This document shows, piece by piece, positions 32,572 to 47,308 of a DNA stretch of 64,000 bases. The translations under genes and the position numbers were made by a program. The notes below the pieces were generated by a model that saw nothing but the letters and a program-made list of their open reading frames with translations, did not search any database and was not told the origin of the DNA. The stretch is from Pirellulales bacterium (GTDB lineage: Bacteria > Planctomycetota > Planctomycetia > Pirellulales > PNKZ01). Location: assembly GCA_049840675.1 (NCBI GenBank), contig JASGKB010000014.1, positions 190,330 to 254,329 of the forward strand, read 5' to 3'. How positions within the stretch are numbered: position 1 is the first letter of the stretch; every line of letters starts with the position of its first letter.

Positions 32572-33679
32572 ATGAGCCGACTTATGAACGCATTTCGCAC
32601 CTTGGCCGTCTGCTCGGCCTTTTCGCTGCTGACGCCCTTAACTCAAGCGGCGACGATCGAAACCGTGGCTGGCAGCGGCGGCAAGACCGACAACGGAGCG
32701 GCCGGCAAAGCGCTGGAGACGAATATCAATCAGCCGTTCGGCGTAGAATTCGGACCCGACGGCGCGCTCTACATCTGCGAGCGCGGGCTGCATCGGATTC
32801 GTCGCTGGGATTCGAAGACCGGCGAAGTGACGACCTTCGCCGGCACCGGCAAGCCGGGCTTTGCGGGCGACGGCGGACCGGCGACCGAAGCGCTGCTCTT
32901 CGAACCTCACGAACTGCGCTTCGACAAGGCCGGCAATATCTATTGGACCGACATGAAGAATCATGTGATTCGCAAGGTCGATTGGAAGACGCGAATCATT
33001 TCGACTGTGGCGGGGCACGGGAGGCGAGCGACGGTTTCTGCGGGCGACGGTGGACCTGCGACCAAGGCGTTGCTCAAGCAGCCGCATAGCATTGCGTTTG
33101 ACGACGTCGAGAACATGTATATCGCCGACATCGGCAACCATCGCATTCGCAAGATCGACGCCAAGACCGGCGTGATCGAAACCATCTGCGGCACGGGCGA
33201 GAAGAAGCTGCCGCAGGACGGAGCGGTGGCGAAGACATCGCCGATTCTCGGTCCGCGCGCGTTGTACGTTGCCGGAGCTACGCTTTGGGTCGCGCTTACG
33301 TGAAGGAAGCAGCGTCTATCGGTTTGATCTGAAGGCCGGCACGTTGCACCACATCGGCGGCACGGGCAAAGGAGGCTTTTCGGTGCCGGATGGCCCGGTG
33401 AAAGAGGCCAAGTTCAATAGCCCGAAGGGCATTGCGGTCGGGCCGGAAGGATTGGTGTATGTCGTCGACAGCAGCAACCATGCGATCCGCGTGATCGATC
33501 CGGCGAAGGGGACGGTGAAGACCGTCGCCGGCTTGCCGCCGAAGGCGGGCTTCTCGGGCGACGGCGGCGATCCGACCGCGGCGGGCCTGAGCAACCCGCA
33601 CGCCATCTGCATTACGGCCGATGGTACGATGTACATCGGCGATAGCGACAACCACCGCGTGCGCGTGGTGAAGCCGTAG
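32572..33679 (+). CDS. Secreted NHL-repeat protein; frameshift near 33295
   Basis: Repeated GDGGPA..A.L..P.....D..GN.YIAD..NHRIRK.D units. Signal peptide. Confidence 0.85.
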
Positions 33680-33717
33680 CTCGCCGCTTGCTCGCATCGC
33701 CGCCCGAGGTTGCTTTC

Positions 33718-37239
<3,522 letters not shown>

Positions 37240-37266
37240 TTGCTCTCGCGACCGCGACAACGGCAG

Positions 37267-37731
37267 TCACTTGCTCGACCAGTCGGTCTCATAGAACAAG
37301 TAGCCAACGTTCTCCATACCGAGATCCTCATACACAACTTGCGCTCGCGAGTTGGCGTGGTCGACGTACAACCGTAGCCCGCAGACGCCCGGTGTTGCGC
37401 GAGCCAGACTTGTGACATGCTCATACAATCTGCGAAAGACGCCGCAGCCTCGCCAGTCAACGCGAACGAAGACGCTTTGAATCCACCAAAACTGTCCGTT
37501 GCGCCAGTCGCTCCATTCGTACGTGATCATCAATTGCCCGATGATCATCCCTTTCTTATCGTCCTCCGCCACGAAGTACCGGCCAAGTTCCGGTCGCTCC
37601 AGCACGGCTGTTACGCCCGCGGCGATCGTGGCCGGATCGAGCCGCTTGTGTTCGGTTTCCCATGCCAGCCGGCAGTTGAAATCCGCAATCGTGGCGGCGT
37701 CGGCGATTACGGCATCTCGCAGGTTCGGCAT
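37267..37731 (-). CDS. GNAT family N-acetyltransferase
   Basis: YFVAE, GQLMITYEWSDWRNG.FWWIQSVFV...RG.GVF, LRLYV...N..A...Y. Confidence 0.88.
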   Translation of the reverse strand: MPNLRDAVIADAATIADFNCRLAWETEHKRLDPATIAAGVTAVLERPELGRYFVAEDDKKGMIIGQLMITYEWSDWRNGQFWWIQSVFVRVDWRGCGVFRRLYEHVTSLARATPGVCGLRLYVDHANSRAQVVYEDLGMENVGYLFYETDWSSK

Positions 37732-37835
37732 GTCAGTCAGATTTGATACGGTTTGTGGTTTCGGTTGACGGCCGGCGGCGATTGGCCGATAGTGAAATTC
37801 CCGCCTGATTCTATCCCGCCTCGGAGCCGTTCCCA

Positions 37836-39978
37836 ATGCGCCGCTTGCTTCACTGCGCGTTGACGTTGTTCGTACCTTACTTATGCGGTTCGGCGGTCGC
37901 TTTGGCGGGCGGCGTCGGATTCCGTCAACTCACCACGGCGTTTCCTTGCGCCGTGCAGGTCGGCACAAAGGCCGAGATTCAGCTTCGTTCGAACTTCACG
38001 CTTGACGGTACGTACGCATCGTTTTTCATTCCGGCTGGCCCGGCCATGCGGCTGCTGGAAACCAAGCCGATCGAAGCCCCACTCACGCGTCGTGGCGGCG
38101 TCGGCGTACCGTTCAAGTTCGAGGTCTCGGTGCCGTCCAGCCAGATGCCCGGGCTGCATGAGTTTCGCCTCGCCACGCCGCAGGCAGTCTCGAGCGTCGC
38201 CCATCTGCTCGTCACGGAATACCCGGTCGTGCTAGAGACGACCAAGGAAAACGGTTCGCAAGATAAGGCCGAGCCGGTCGACGTGCCGGCCGCGGTGTGT
38301 GGCGTTTGCGATCCGACTGAAGACGTCGATTGCTACCGCTTTGCGGGCAAAGCGGGGGAGCAGTTGACGTTTCAGATCTATGCCCAGCGAATCACGCAAG
38401 CCGTGCATGATATGGTCGGCAAGTCGGGCTACCACATGGACCCGATTCTGACGCTCTTGAGCCCGACCGGCCAGATTCTGGCGATGAACGACAACTACTT
38501 CGGCGGCGACGCTTTGCTCACAACCAAGCTTCCGCAAGACGGTGACTACGTGCTCGCGGTGCGCGATACCCGCTACGGCGGCGACACGCGTTATTCGTAC
38601 TGCGTCGAAATCTCGCGAGGCTTGCCGGCGGTAGCGACGTTTCCGCTGGTCGTCGAGCGCGGGAAGGCGACCGACGTCGAAGTCCTCTCGGCCGGCGGCG
38701 CGCTCGTCGGTTCGGCGAAGCTCCAGCCTGCGAAAGACGCCGCGCTCGGCGCGGAGCCGTGAAAAGCTCCTGGTCAACGGCGTAGCGACGAACCCGATCG
38801 ACTACGTCGTCTCCGATCTTCAGCAAGTTCCGCACGACGTCGGCAACTCGCAGCAGCAACCTCGCGAATTGAAGCTCCCTTGCGGCGTGAGCGGCCGCTT
38901 GAAAAACGCCGGCGACGAACATTGGTTCGCCTTTGCAGCCAAGAAAGATGAATACGTGTTGCTCGAAGCCGCGGCGCGCAAATTTCGTCTGCCGCTCGAC
39001 GTCGTGCTGGAAATCTACGACGAGAAGGGGAAGAAGCTCAGCGAGGCCGACGATCAACCGCTGACGCCCGACGTCAAACAGCATTTTCGCGCTCCGGCCG
39101 ACGGGCGGTACCTCGTTCGCATTCGCGATTTGCACGGTCGCGGCGGGCCGGAGTTTATGTATCATCTCCGCGCCGAACACGGCGGTCCCGACTTCGAGCT
39201 CACCGGCAAGCTCTACTACGCAATGGTCGGGCCGGGCGCTCGTGCCCTTTGGTATGTCAACGCTTCGCGGCTCAACGGTTTCACCGGCCCAATCGAACTC
39301 CGCGTCGAGGGACTGCCGCCCGGCGTGCGACAAGTGCCGACTGCGATCCCCGCCGGCATGAACTTCGCGCCACTCATTCTCGAAGCGGATCCCCAAGCCA
39401 AGCTCGGCGCCTCGCTTGTGAAGATCGTCGGCCGGGCAGTAATCGAAGGCCCCGGCGGCACGCGGCAGATCGAGCATGAGTCGGTCGTCACCTGCGAGTT
39501 GCAATCGCAAGGGGGCTCGCAAGGCCATTGGCCGGTGCAGTCGTCGTTGGTCGGCGTCGTCGAAGGGCTCGACCTTTTGAAGGTCGAAGCTTCGCCCAAG
39601 GAACTCACGCTCAACCCCGGCGGCAAGGCCGAGATCGAAGTCTCGATCGAGCGCAATCCGCAGTACAAAGACCCCGTCGGGCTTGAGTTCACCTGGCAAT
39701 ATTTCGGGAACAAGCTCGGCGAGCAACTTCCTCCCGGCGTCACGTTGGGCAAAGGAAGCACCACACGGCTCTCCGGTAACACGCTCAAAGCCAAGCTCAT
39801 CCTCGAGGCGTCGAAAGATGCGCTCGCCGTCGAGAAATATCCGATCGCCGTGATGGCGGGCGTCTCGGTGAGTTTTTCGATCGATACGAAATACGCCTCC
39901 AGCCCGATCTTGCTGACGATTCCTGCGGCGTCGGCACAACCCGCCGCCAAGAAGCCCGGCAACGTCGCGAAAAAATAG
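37836..39978 (+). CDS. Secreted PPC (pre-peptidase C-terminal) domain protein of planctomycete type; frameshift near 38755
   Basis: Repeated DVDCYRF.GKAGE.L / DEHWFAF, DPILTL, DNYFGGD, DG.Y.L.VRD..GRGG...Y modules. Signal peptide. Confidence 0.75.
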
Positions 39979-40203
39979 AATCTGCAATTGCCCGGTTGTT
40001 TGCCAGGCTCGGTCTCGAAATGTTGCATCAAAATCGGCCGTTGGATACGATCAACGCTGGCTGCTTCGGCCGATAACAGCCGTAGCAATGCCGCACGCCC
40101 TGCCGCCGCTCGCCCGCCTACCTCCGGTCGTCGTTTCGCCGTGCTGCGAACCGCCGATCTCCCACCCCGTTTCTCTGTCGGCCCTTTTTCGAGAGTCTCC
40201 GTC

Positions 40204-41658
40204 ATGCCGTATCTCCAGCATGCCGCCGTCTCGCGCCGTGTCGCCGTTCAAGCCGGAGCCGTCGGGCTCTTGGGTTTGGGAATGAACCACCTGGCGCCGC
40301 TGCGGGCCATGGCGAAGCCCGGTACTGCGGTCGCCGCCAATCCGTCGAAGGCCCGCTCGGTCATTTACATTTTCCTCTCGGGTGGGTTGTCGCAGATCGA
40401 CAGCTTCGACATGAAGCCGGACGCCGCGGCGGAAGTGCGCGGTGAGTTCAACCCGATCGCCACCAAAACTCCCGGCCTGCACGTTTGCGAACACCTGCCG
40501 AAGCTCGCCGAGCGGAGCGACAAGTGGGCCGTGCTTCGTTCGTTCGCTCATAAGCAACCGGAGCACTCGGCCGGCCATCTGCTGATGCTCACCGGCCGCT
40601 CGATCTTGCCGGCCGGTTTCAGCAACGCCGGGCCGAAGCCGACCGACTGGCCGTCGCTCGCCGCCATTGCCAACACCGTGACCAAGCCGCGAAACAATCT
40701 GCCGCCGGCCGTCGTCCTGCCCGAGACGCTCATCCACCGCACTGGCCGCACCATCCCCGGTCAGTTTGCCGGCGAAATGGGCGCTCATCGCGACCCGATG
40801 TTCTTGGAACTGTGCGCCTTCAACTCTAAGGCCTACGGCGCGTATCCTACGCACACGTTCAATCACCAGAAGCTTGGCGAACTTCAGGAGCTGGAGAACT
40901 TCAAGTTCCAAGCGCCGAACTTGTCGCTGCCGCAGGAAATGCCGACCGATCGGTTTCAAGATCGTTTGAAGCTGATGCAATCGCTCACTCGCCAACGGGC
41001 CGAACTCGAGCAAGTTGCGGCGGATGAAGATTTCGACCGTCATCGTCAGCGGGCCGTTTCGCTGTTGAACGATCCGAGCACGCAGCAGGCGTTCGAAGTC
41101 GACCACGTCGACGCCAAGACGCAGGACCGCTACGGCCGCAACACGTTCGGCTGGTCGCTCTTGATCGCTCGCCAACTCGTGGAAGCCGGCGTGAACCTCG
41201 TGCAGGTCAACCTCGGCAACAACGAATCTTGGGACACGCACGGCAATGCGTTCCGCCACCTGAAAGACTTCCTGTTGCCGCCGACGGATCAGGCCGTCAG
41301 CGCGTTGCTCGACGATCTCGACGAGCGCGGGCTGCTCGATTCGACGCTTGTCGTCATGGCCGGCGAAATGGGACGGACGCCGCGGCTCTCAAAGCTCGGC
41401 CAGTTTTACAAAGAGCCGGGCCGCGATCACTGGGGAACGCAAAGCGTGTTCTTCGCCGGCGGCGGCGTGCAAGGAGGCCAAGCCCTTGGCACGACCGACA
41501 AGATCGGCGCTTATCCGGCGACGTTGGCTCAATCGCCGGAAAACCTCGGAGCGACGATCTACCACGCCCTCGGCCTGCCGCGCGAAACGGCCTGGCAAGA
41601 TCTGAACGGCCGGCCGCACTTCATCTATCACGGCGATGTCATCCCAGGCTTGATGTAG
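40204..41658 (+). CDS. DUF1501 domain protein
   Basis: Tat-like SRR, SVIYIFLSGGLSQIDSFDMKP, EHLPKLA, ARQLVEAGV, WDTH, GEMGRTP, GRDHW. Confidence 0.9.
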   Translation: MPYLQHAAVSRRVAVQAGAVGLLGLGMNHLAPLRAMAKPGTAVAANPSKARSVIYIFLSGGLSQIDSFDMKPDAAAEVRGEFNPIATKTPGLHVCEHLPKLAERSDKWAVLRSFAHKQPEHSAGHLLMLTGRSILPAGFSNAGPKPTDWPSLAAIANTVTKPRNNLPPAVVLPETLIHRTGRTIPGQFAGEMGAHRDPMFLELCAFNSKAYGAYPTHTFNHQKLGELQELENFKFQAPNLSLPQEMPTDRFQDRLKLMQSLTRQRAELEQVAADEDFDRHRQRAVSLLNDPSTQQAFEVDHVDAKTQDRYGRNTFGWSLLIARQLVEAGVNLVQVNLGNNESWDTHGNAFRHLKDFLLPPTDQAVSALLDDLDERGLLDSTLVVMAGEMGRTPRLSKLGQFYKEPGRDHWGTQSVFFAGGGVQGGQALGTTDKIGAYPATLAQSPENLGATIYHALGLPRETAWQDLNGRPHFIYHGDVIPGLM

Positions 41659-41813
41659 GGACCGGTTCGCAGCGAACGCACTACGCGTGTATCGGCTCGA
41701 CGTCGTGTTGCCGTGGGCGCCTACTCGACGTTGGAGGCCGATTGCCGTTGCGGCCGAACTGGAATTGGGCCGGCCTGAGCCTGCTACGAACTTCTTGAGC
41801 CGCACTCCGATGC

Positions 41814-44606
41814 CTAATTCCCCGCCGTTGTCGGCGTGCCGGTTTTTAGTTCCTTCAAGAGTCGTTCGTTGCTCGCCACGGCCGCCGGGTCGCGTAGCTT
41901 CGGGTCGGCCTTCATGATCTCAAGTTGCTTTTCCACGCATTGGATGAGCATCGCCTTTGAAGGAGTCGGCTGAGCAAGGAACAACTCGGTTGCTTGGCGG
42001 AAATCGCTCAATGCGTCGGCCTGTTTTTTGAGCTGCAGCTTGGCGTTTGCCCGCACGAAGAACGTCGTCGGTTCGCTTGAATCGGCGGCGATCGCTTTGT
42101 CGCAATCGGATGCCGCCTCGGCATATTGTTTCAGCTCATAGCGGGCCGTCGCACGATTGCGCAAGGCCGAGGCGTTGTCGTTGTCCAAACCGAGGATGTC
42201 GTCGTACTCGGTGATCGCCGTTCGCCAATCTCCTTGTCGACCGTAGCAGAAAGCCCGGCCGAGTCGTGCGTCGATGTGTGCGACCTCGAGTTCTTTCACC
42301 ACGGTGTTGAAGTCGACCAAGGCCGAACCAAGATCAGCGTCGGCGATATAGGCGTCGCCTCGCTTTACGTAAGCATCCGCCAATAGCGTTCGTAGTTTCT
42401 TTTGATCGACGTAAGTCACCGTCTGCAACTTGCGTCCTTCACTGACGACGGCGGTGATCGCGCGCGCCGTAGTCGCCTTCTCCAGCTTGGCCCGCAAGAG
42501 TGCGAGCAGGTCGACGGTGCGGAAGGTCACCGTGAACGTAGATTTCGTCGAGAGCGGCGGCGTGCCTGCATCGGTCGCTTCGACTGTCACCTTTACCGGC
42601 GCCATTTTCAAGTCGTCGGGTACCGTGGGTGCGAAGGTGAACAGCCCGGTGGCGGCGTCGAGCTTCGCTCCTTCCGGCACCGGAGCGACAAGGGCGAATT
42701 TCAGCTTTGCGCCGGCCGCGGCGTCCGGATCATTGGATTCGATCGGAAACGAAAGCGCCGGACCGGCCGTGTTCTGAAGCGGCAGGTTGATCGTGCGATC
42801 GGCGATCTGTTCGATCACCGGCGGCTTGTTGTCCGCCGTGACGTTGACGACGATCTCCGTTCGGGCCGACAGCGAAGGCTTGCCGTCGTCGCTCACGGCG
42901 ACCGTGAACTTCGTCGTCTTGCCGGTGACGTCGCTGGTTGGAGTCCACGTGAATTCGCCGGTGGAGCCGTCGAGCTTGGCTCCTTCCGGGAGGGCTGAGT
43001 CTGAAACCACGCCGTACGAAAGCTTCTGAACCGGCACGTCCGAATCGGCTCCTTCGAGCTTGAACGCTACCGGCGCACCGACCTTCGCATTGATTGCGGC
43101 CACCGACTTGATCGTCGGCGCGGCGTTCACTTCTTTCACGGCCAGTTCGAATGTTTTCTCTTGTGCCAGCGGCGACTCGGCGTCGTCTTCCAGACGGACG
43201 CGAAAATTCACGTCGCCCGGGCCTTGTTGCTCGGTCGGCGTCCAGGTCAGCATGTTCGTCTTGGTATCGAGCGTCAGGCCGGCCGGAGCGTCGAGCAACG
43301 TCAGCTTGAGTTTCTCGGGCTTCGTTTCGGCATCGCGGGCTTCGAGCTTCAGCGACCAAGCGGCCAGTTCCGGAATCTCACCTTTCAGGCCGTCAGGCTT
43401 CAGTTCCGGCGGTTGGTTCTTCGGCTTTTCGGGCGGAGGAGTCGGCGTCGGTTTGGGCTCGGGCTTCGGGGCTTCGGCCACTTCGTCCGGCGCCTGTTCG
43501 CCGCCGGGCATTGCAAACACGCCGACGACGCCTAACGCAAACAGCAATCCGACCAGCAAGGCCTTGCGATTCTTTTTCTTCTTCTCGTCCGCAGCCGATT
43601 TCGCCGCGCCAGACTTGGCGACGTTGCCCGGTTTTCCCGGGGCCGTATTGGCAGGAGACGCGCTGCCGGCCGGTCGGGCGGAGCCGGGAGCCGTTGCCGT
43701 GTCGTATTTCGACGACGGATTGAAGATTCGATCGACGTCGCTCACCAGGGCCGCTCCGGAAGCCGATCCGGTGATACCGAGTTCCGGTGCGATGATCGGA
43801 ACGAGCGGTGTTTGCGTCAGATCCTTCAAAGCGTCGGCGGCCGAAGCGTAGCGGTCCGCGACCGGCTTCTTTAGCAGTCGGTCGAGTACCATCACCAGTT
43901 CCAGCGGAGCATTTGGAGCCAGCTCGGCGACGCTCGGCAGCTTCGTTGCGTCGCCCGCGTGCCAACGCATCCACGCCGTGCGAGAAGCCTGCTCGTTGCC
44001 GTCGACGCCGGGAAACAACGCGTCAAACTTCGGACCGACCAAAAGCTCAAGAACGCTGAAGCCGAGCGAGTAGAGATCGGCCGTCGAGCCGTATTCGCCG
44101 AAGCTCGGGCTTACCGCCTCCGGGGCCACATACTTCATCTGACGCTTTTGATACGGCAGGCCGCCGGCCACCGCGCTGCCGACCGAAAAGCTGAGCTTCA
44201 CGCGGCCGGCGCGATTGAGCAATAGCGTCTGCGGGCGGATGTCGCCGTGCGTACGCTTTTGTTCTTGTAAACGCTCAAGACCTTGTAGCCCTTGACGAAG
44301 TACGCTGCGGGCCGCTTCCGCGTCGAGCGGTTTCGTCAGCAATTGGCCGCAGTGCCCGGCCATGAGTTCCATGACGATCCAGCCCTGCCCGCGATCTACG
44401 GCGTAGACCGGCACGAGCCGATCGTCGGTCAATTGCGCAACGGCCGTGATTTCGTCCCAGAAACGGGGCGAGCGTTCCGCTTCTTTGCGGAGCGCCGCGT
44501 CGAGCTGAAGAATGGCGACTTCGCGCTTCAGCGAAAACTGCACGCCGCGGAACACGGTTCCGTAGGCGTTGCTGCCAAGCGATTCCCAAGTTTCAAAGTC
44601 GGCCAT
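41814..44606 (-). CDS. Transmembrane Ser/Thr kinase-like protein (probable pseudokinase) with three Ig/cadherin-like repeats and C-terminal TPRs
   Basis: Start MADFETW. Kinase fold (YGTVF, IVMELM, HGDIRP, YVAPE, ADLYSLG, R). TM LLVGLLFALGVVGVF. Three N.PP...LD..TG..TWTPT-type repeats. TPR helices. Confidence 0.85.
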   Translation of the reverse strand: MADFETWESLGSNAYGTVFRGVQFSLKREVAILQLDAALRKEAERSPRFWDEITAVAQLTDDRLVPVYAVDRGQGWIVMELMAGHCGQLLTKPLDAEAARSVLRQGLQGLERLQEQKRTHGDIRPQTLLLNRAGRVKLSFSVGSAVAGGLPYQKRQMKYVAPEAVSPSFGEYGSTADLYSLGFSVLELLVGPKFDALFPGVDGNEQASRTAWMRWHAGDATKLPSVAELAPNAPLELVMVLDRLLKKPVADRYASAADALKDLTQTPLVPIIAPELGITGSASGAALVSDVDRIFNPSSKYDTATAPGSARPAGSASPANTAPGKPGNVAKSGAAKSAADEKKKKNRKALLVGLLFALGVVGVFAMPGGEQAPDEVAEAPKPEPKPTPTPPPEKPKNQPPELKPDGLKGEIPELAAWSLKLEARDAETKPEKLKLTLLDAPAGLTLDTKTNMLTWTPTEQQGPGDVNFRVRLEDDAESPLAQEKTFELAVKEVNAAPTIKSVAAINAKVGAPVAFKLEGADSDVPVQKLSYGVVSDSALPEGAKLDGSTGEFTWTPTSDVTGKTTKFTVAVSDDGKPSLSARTEIVVNVTADNKPPVIEQIADRTINLPLQNTAGPALSFPIESNDPDAAAGAKLKFALVAPVPEGAKLDAATGLFTFAPTVPDDLKMAPVKVTVEATDAGTPPLSTKSTFTVTFRTVDLLALLRAKLEKATTARAITAVVSEGRKLQTVTYVDQKKLRTLLADAYVKRGDAYIADADLGSALVDFNTVVKELEVAHIDARLGRAFCYGRQGDWRTAITEYDDILGLDNDNASALRNRATARYELKQYAEAASDCDKAIAADSSEPTTFFVRANAKLQLKKQADALSDFRQATELFLAQPTPSKAMLIQCVEKQLEIMKADPKLRDPAAVASNERLLKELKTGTPTTAGN

Positions 44607-44653
44607 ATTCCCGGTTTCCTTATTGCATCCGGCGTCGCGGGCCGCTTGATTCG

Positions 44654-45451
44654 TCAGAGGCCTGGCGTGATTTGTTCTCGTACGTAAGCTTCGGCCTGCA
44701 CCAGCGCCTCCGGCAACGGTTTGCCTTCCGTCAGCAGCAGGTTCTTTTCCCAAACGATGCGGTCGCGAAGCCGGCGGTATTCCGCGGCCGCCCGATCGGT
44801 GTCGCCTCGGAAAGCCTCGGCATGGGCCCGGCTGAGCATGACCCAAAGGTCTGGAGCGCAGGCCGGCTCTTTTTGCAACATCGAAACCATTTCGGGGAAT
44901 TCGGGCAGAACCGATTCGGCCGAGGTTTTGGCGTCGGAGGGGAGGAAACTGTCGGAAAATAACACAAAAACGGCCGCCGCGGCGAACAGCACGCCAACGA
45001 GGATTGCCGGAGTGTTCGACTTTTCTTTTGTCGGCTGGTCGCCCGGTTTGTCCGCATCGCTGGCGGCGGCAGATACCGCGACCGAAGCGTCTACGTCCAG
45101 CGGCACCGGCGGCACGTAGGCTTCCGCCGGGCGACGCGAAGGCGCGCCGTCGCCGGAAGTTTCCAGCTTGAGCACCAAGCCGCCGGGAAACTTGAGCGAC
45201 TTGCCCGAACGCCACGGGCCGCTCTCGCTGGGGGCGATCGTGAGTGAATCGAGCGTCAACGGCGACGAGCCGCGATTGTAGACGACGTATTTGCCGTCGC
45301 CGTAGCGGATCGTCAGCGCGTGCGGCTCGACGGCGGGATCGGCCACGATCAGTTCGCAACTCGCATCGCTGCCGAGTCGCAATACCTCGTACTCGATCCA
45401 AAGTTCTTCGCCGGCCGAAGGGCCGTCGGTGATTAAAAGTTTGGCGGGCAT
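44654..45451 (-). CDS. FHA-like domain membrane protein
   Basis: LLITDGPSAG..LRLGSDASCEL beta-rich N-terminus, linker, single TM (ILVGVLFAAAAVFVLF), helical C-terminus. Confidence 0.7.
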   Translation of the reverse strand: MPAKLLITDGPSAGEELWIEYEVLRLGSDASCELIVADPAVEPHALTIRYGDGKYVVYNRGSSPLTLDSLTIAPSESGPWRSGKSLKFPGGLVLKLETSGDGAPSRRPAEAYVPPVPLDVDASVAVSAAASDADKPGDQPTKEKSNTPAILVGVLFAAAAVFVLFSDSFLPSDAKTSAESVLPEFPEMVSMLQKEPACAPDLWVMLSRAHAEAFRGDTDRAAAEYRRLRDRIVWEKNLLLTEGKPLPEALVQAEAYVREQITPGL

Positions 45452-45514
45452 GACGGTAAGTCGCGATAAATGATTCTGTCGGGAACGTTGCGGAGGGCGA
45501 TCCCGACAGAGTTA

Positions 45515-46420
45515 TCAAATTCCTAAAGCTTGGAGGATAAACGGAGTGCCGATGATCACGAGGCACGCGATCATGATCACCATTCCCGGGAGCACGATAT
45601 TCACTTGCGCGGTACCGGCCGCTTTCTCGGCCCATTGCGAACGTTTGAGTCGCATCTGCTCGGCCTGCAGGCGGAAGGTCTGAGCCATCGGCGTGCCGAA
45701 CTCGTTGCCTTTGTTGACCATGAAAACCAATTCGGCCACATCGTCATCCGGCACGCGCTGTTGAAACCGCGCCAAACATTCGTTGAGCGGTCGGCCGAGT
45801 TGGATTTCGCTCACGATCATGCCGAGCTCGTCGCCGAGCGGATGGCCTCGCAAGTCGCGCACCAGCGTCGTGAGCCCGTCCATAAGGCCGCCGCCGGCTT
45901 CGAGCATGAGCGCCATCAGGTCGACGGCGAACGGCAACCGCCGCTTGACCTGCTGCGTTCGCGACTCGGCCTTTTGCACGATGTTCTTGATCGCATTACG
46001 TTGCAGAAAGAGCGGCAGGCCAAGCCCGAGCGCAATACCGAGTACGGGCATGCCGAGCATGATTCCCAACACGACGCCGATGACGCCCGCGATCGCCCCT
46101 TCGGCCAGCTTGACGGCGTAGTACTCTTCCGGCTTCCAGGGCAACGGCTCGGCTGCCGACGTCAATTGTCCGGCGAATTTGGTCTGTTTGTCGATCGGCA
46201 GTTTGCGATACCAAGCGGCAAGCTCGTCGACGACCGGCTCGAACCAGCGATAAGCCGAGTTGCCGCGACGGAGCGCCACCCGTCGCGACGCTTCGAATTC
46301 CCACGCTTGCGCGGACATCGCTCGCGGTCGAGTCACGAGGCCGTACACCCAAGCGCCAAGCGCGGCCGACCCGAATCCGGCGGCGGTGCTGGCGGCGAGC
46401 AGTAATTGAGTGCGTTCCAT
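45515..46420 (-). CDS. tadC: Tad inner-membrane platform protein TadC (T2SS F family)
   Basis: LPFAVDLMALMLEAG, E..LGRP, G.PMAQTFR.QAEQMR.KRSQ.AEKAAG, C-terminal TM. Confidence 0.88.
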   Translation of the reverse strand: MERTQLLLAASTAAGFGSAALGAWVYGLVTRPRAMSAQAWEFEASRRVALRRGNSAYRWFEPVVDELAAWYRKLPIDKQTKFAGQLTSAAEPLPWKPEEYYAVKLAEGAIAGVIGVVLGIMLGMPVLGIALGLGLPLFLQRNAIKNIVQKAESRTQQVKRRLPFAVDLMALMLEAGGGLMDGLTTLVRDLRGHPLGDELGMIVSEIQLGRPLNECLARFQQRVPDDDVAELVFMVNKGNEFGTPMAQTFRLQAEQMRLKRSQWAEKAAGTAQVNIVLPGMVIMIACLVIIGTPFILQALGI

Positions 46421-46441
46421 AACGACGATCGGCAGTGCGAA

Positions 46442-47296
46442 CTAGACTTCGAGTTTCAAGATACGGTTGGCCCAACGAACGGCGGCGTAAACGATGACGA
46501 TCACGAACACGAGAACGACCTGCCCGAGGATCGACGTGAAAAGCAGCGCCGTTCCTTCAGGGTTTAAAAAATAAAACAACCCGAGAAACACGGCCGGGAA
46601 CGCCGCCAGCATGACGACGACTTTACGGCCGCTTTCGGTATCCGCTTCGAGCTTTCGTTCCAGGCGTTGGTTTTCTTGCAGCGAGCGGCTGATGCGTTCC
46701 AAGGCTTCGGTAATTCGCCCGCCCCGTTCTAGGCTGACCAAGAGGGCGGATGTGAAGAGCGTGAATCCGTCGAGCTTCAGTCGATCTCGGGCCTGAATCA
46801 GCGCTTCGGCCAACGGTCGGCCGCCGCGATAATCGCGGACAATTCGGCGAAGTTCCGTCGCCAAAGGCTCCGGCGTTTCGTTCGAGACGTTTTCAATGCC
46901 TTGTGCGAGCGACAATCCGGCCCGCGTGGCGTTGGCCAGGGCGGTGACGGTCCCGACAAGTTGATCGCGGAGCAGCGTCGCACGACGGCTGATCATGTAT
47001 TGCAAATAGAGCCGTGGAGCGACGTACACCAAATACACGGCCGCGACTGCAACCGGCCACATTCCCAGACCGATCGAGAACAACACGAACACGGCGGCCA
47101 TCGAAATGCCCCACCAACGCAGCAGATCCGGCATCCGATCGCTCGTGAGGCTGAGAGAATCGAGCATCGGTCGCACGTCGGAGACGTAGCGTTCGCCGAC
47201 TTTGTCCCACAGCGGCATCAGAATCCGCACGAGATAAAACGCCGCCGCTCCGATGGCGATGCTAGAGGCGAATAACATGAGGGCGGAGCTGCTCAT
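46442..47296 (-). CDS. tadB: Tad inner-membrane platform protein TadB (T2SS F family)
   Basis: QL...LANATRAGLSLAQG, PEPLATEL, GGRITEALERI, two C-terminal TMs. Confidence 0.88.
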   Translation of the reverse strand: MSSSALMLFASSIAIGAAAFYLVRILMPLWDKVGERYVSDVRPMLDSLSLTSDRMPDLLRWWGISMAAVFVLFSIGLGMWPVAVAAVYLVYVAPRLYLQYMISRRATLLRDQLVGTVTALANATRAGLSLAQGIENVSNETPEPLATELRRIVRDYRGGRPLAEALIQARDRLKLDGFTLFTSALLVSLERGGRITEALERISRSLQENQRLERKLEADTESGRKVVVMLAAFPAVFLGLFYFLNPEGTALLFTSILGQVVLVFVIVIVYAAVRWANRILKLEV

Positions 47297-47308
47297 GGCG
47301 TGCGCCCT

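Noticed and set aside
44607..45635. 343-aa N-terminal extension of the kinase ORF (1273 aa)
   Set aside because: Arg-rich read-through overlapping the FHA gene and tadC in another frame. The kinase fold begins at ATG 44606.
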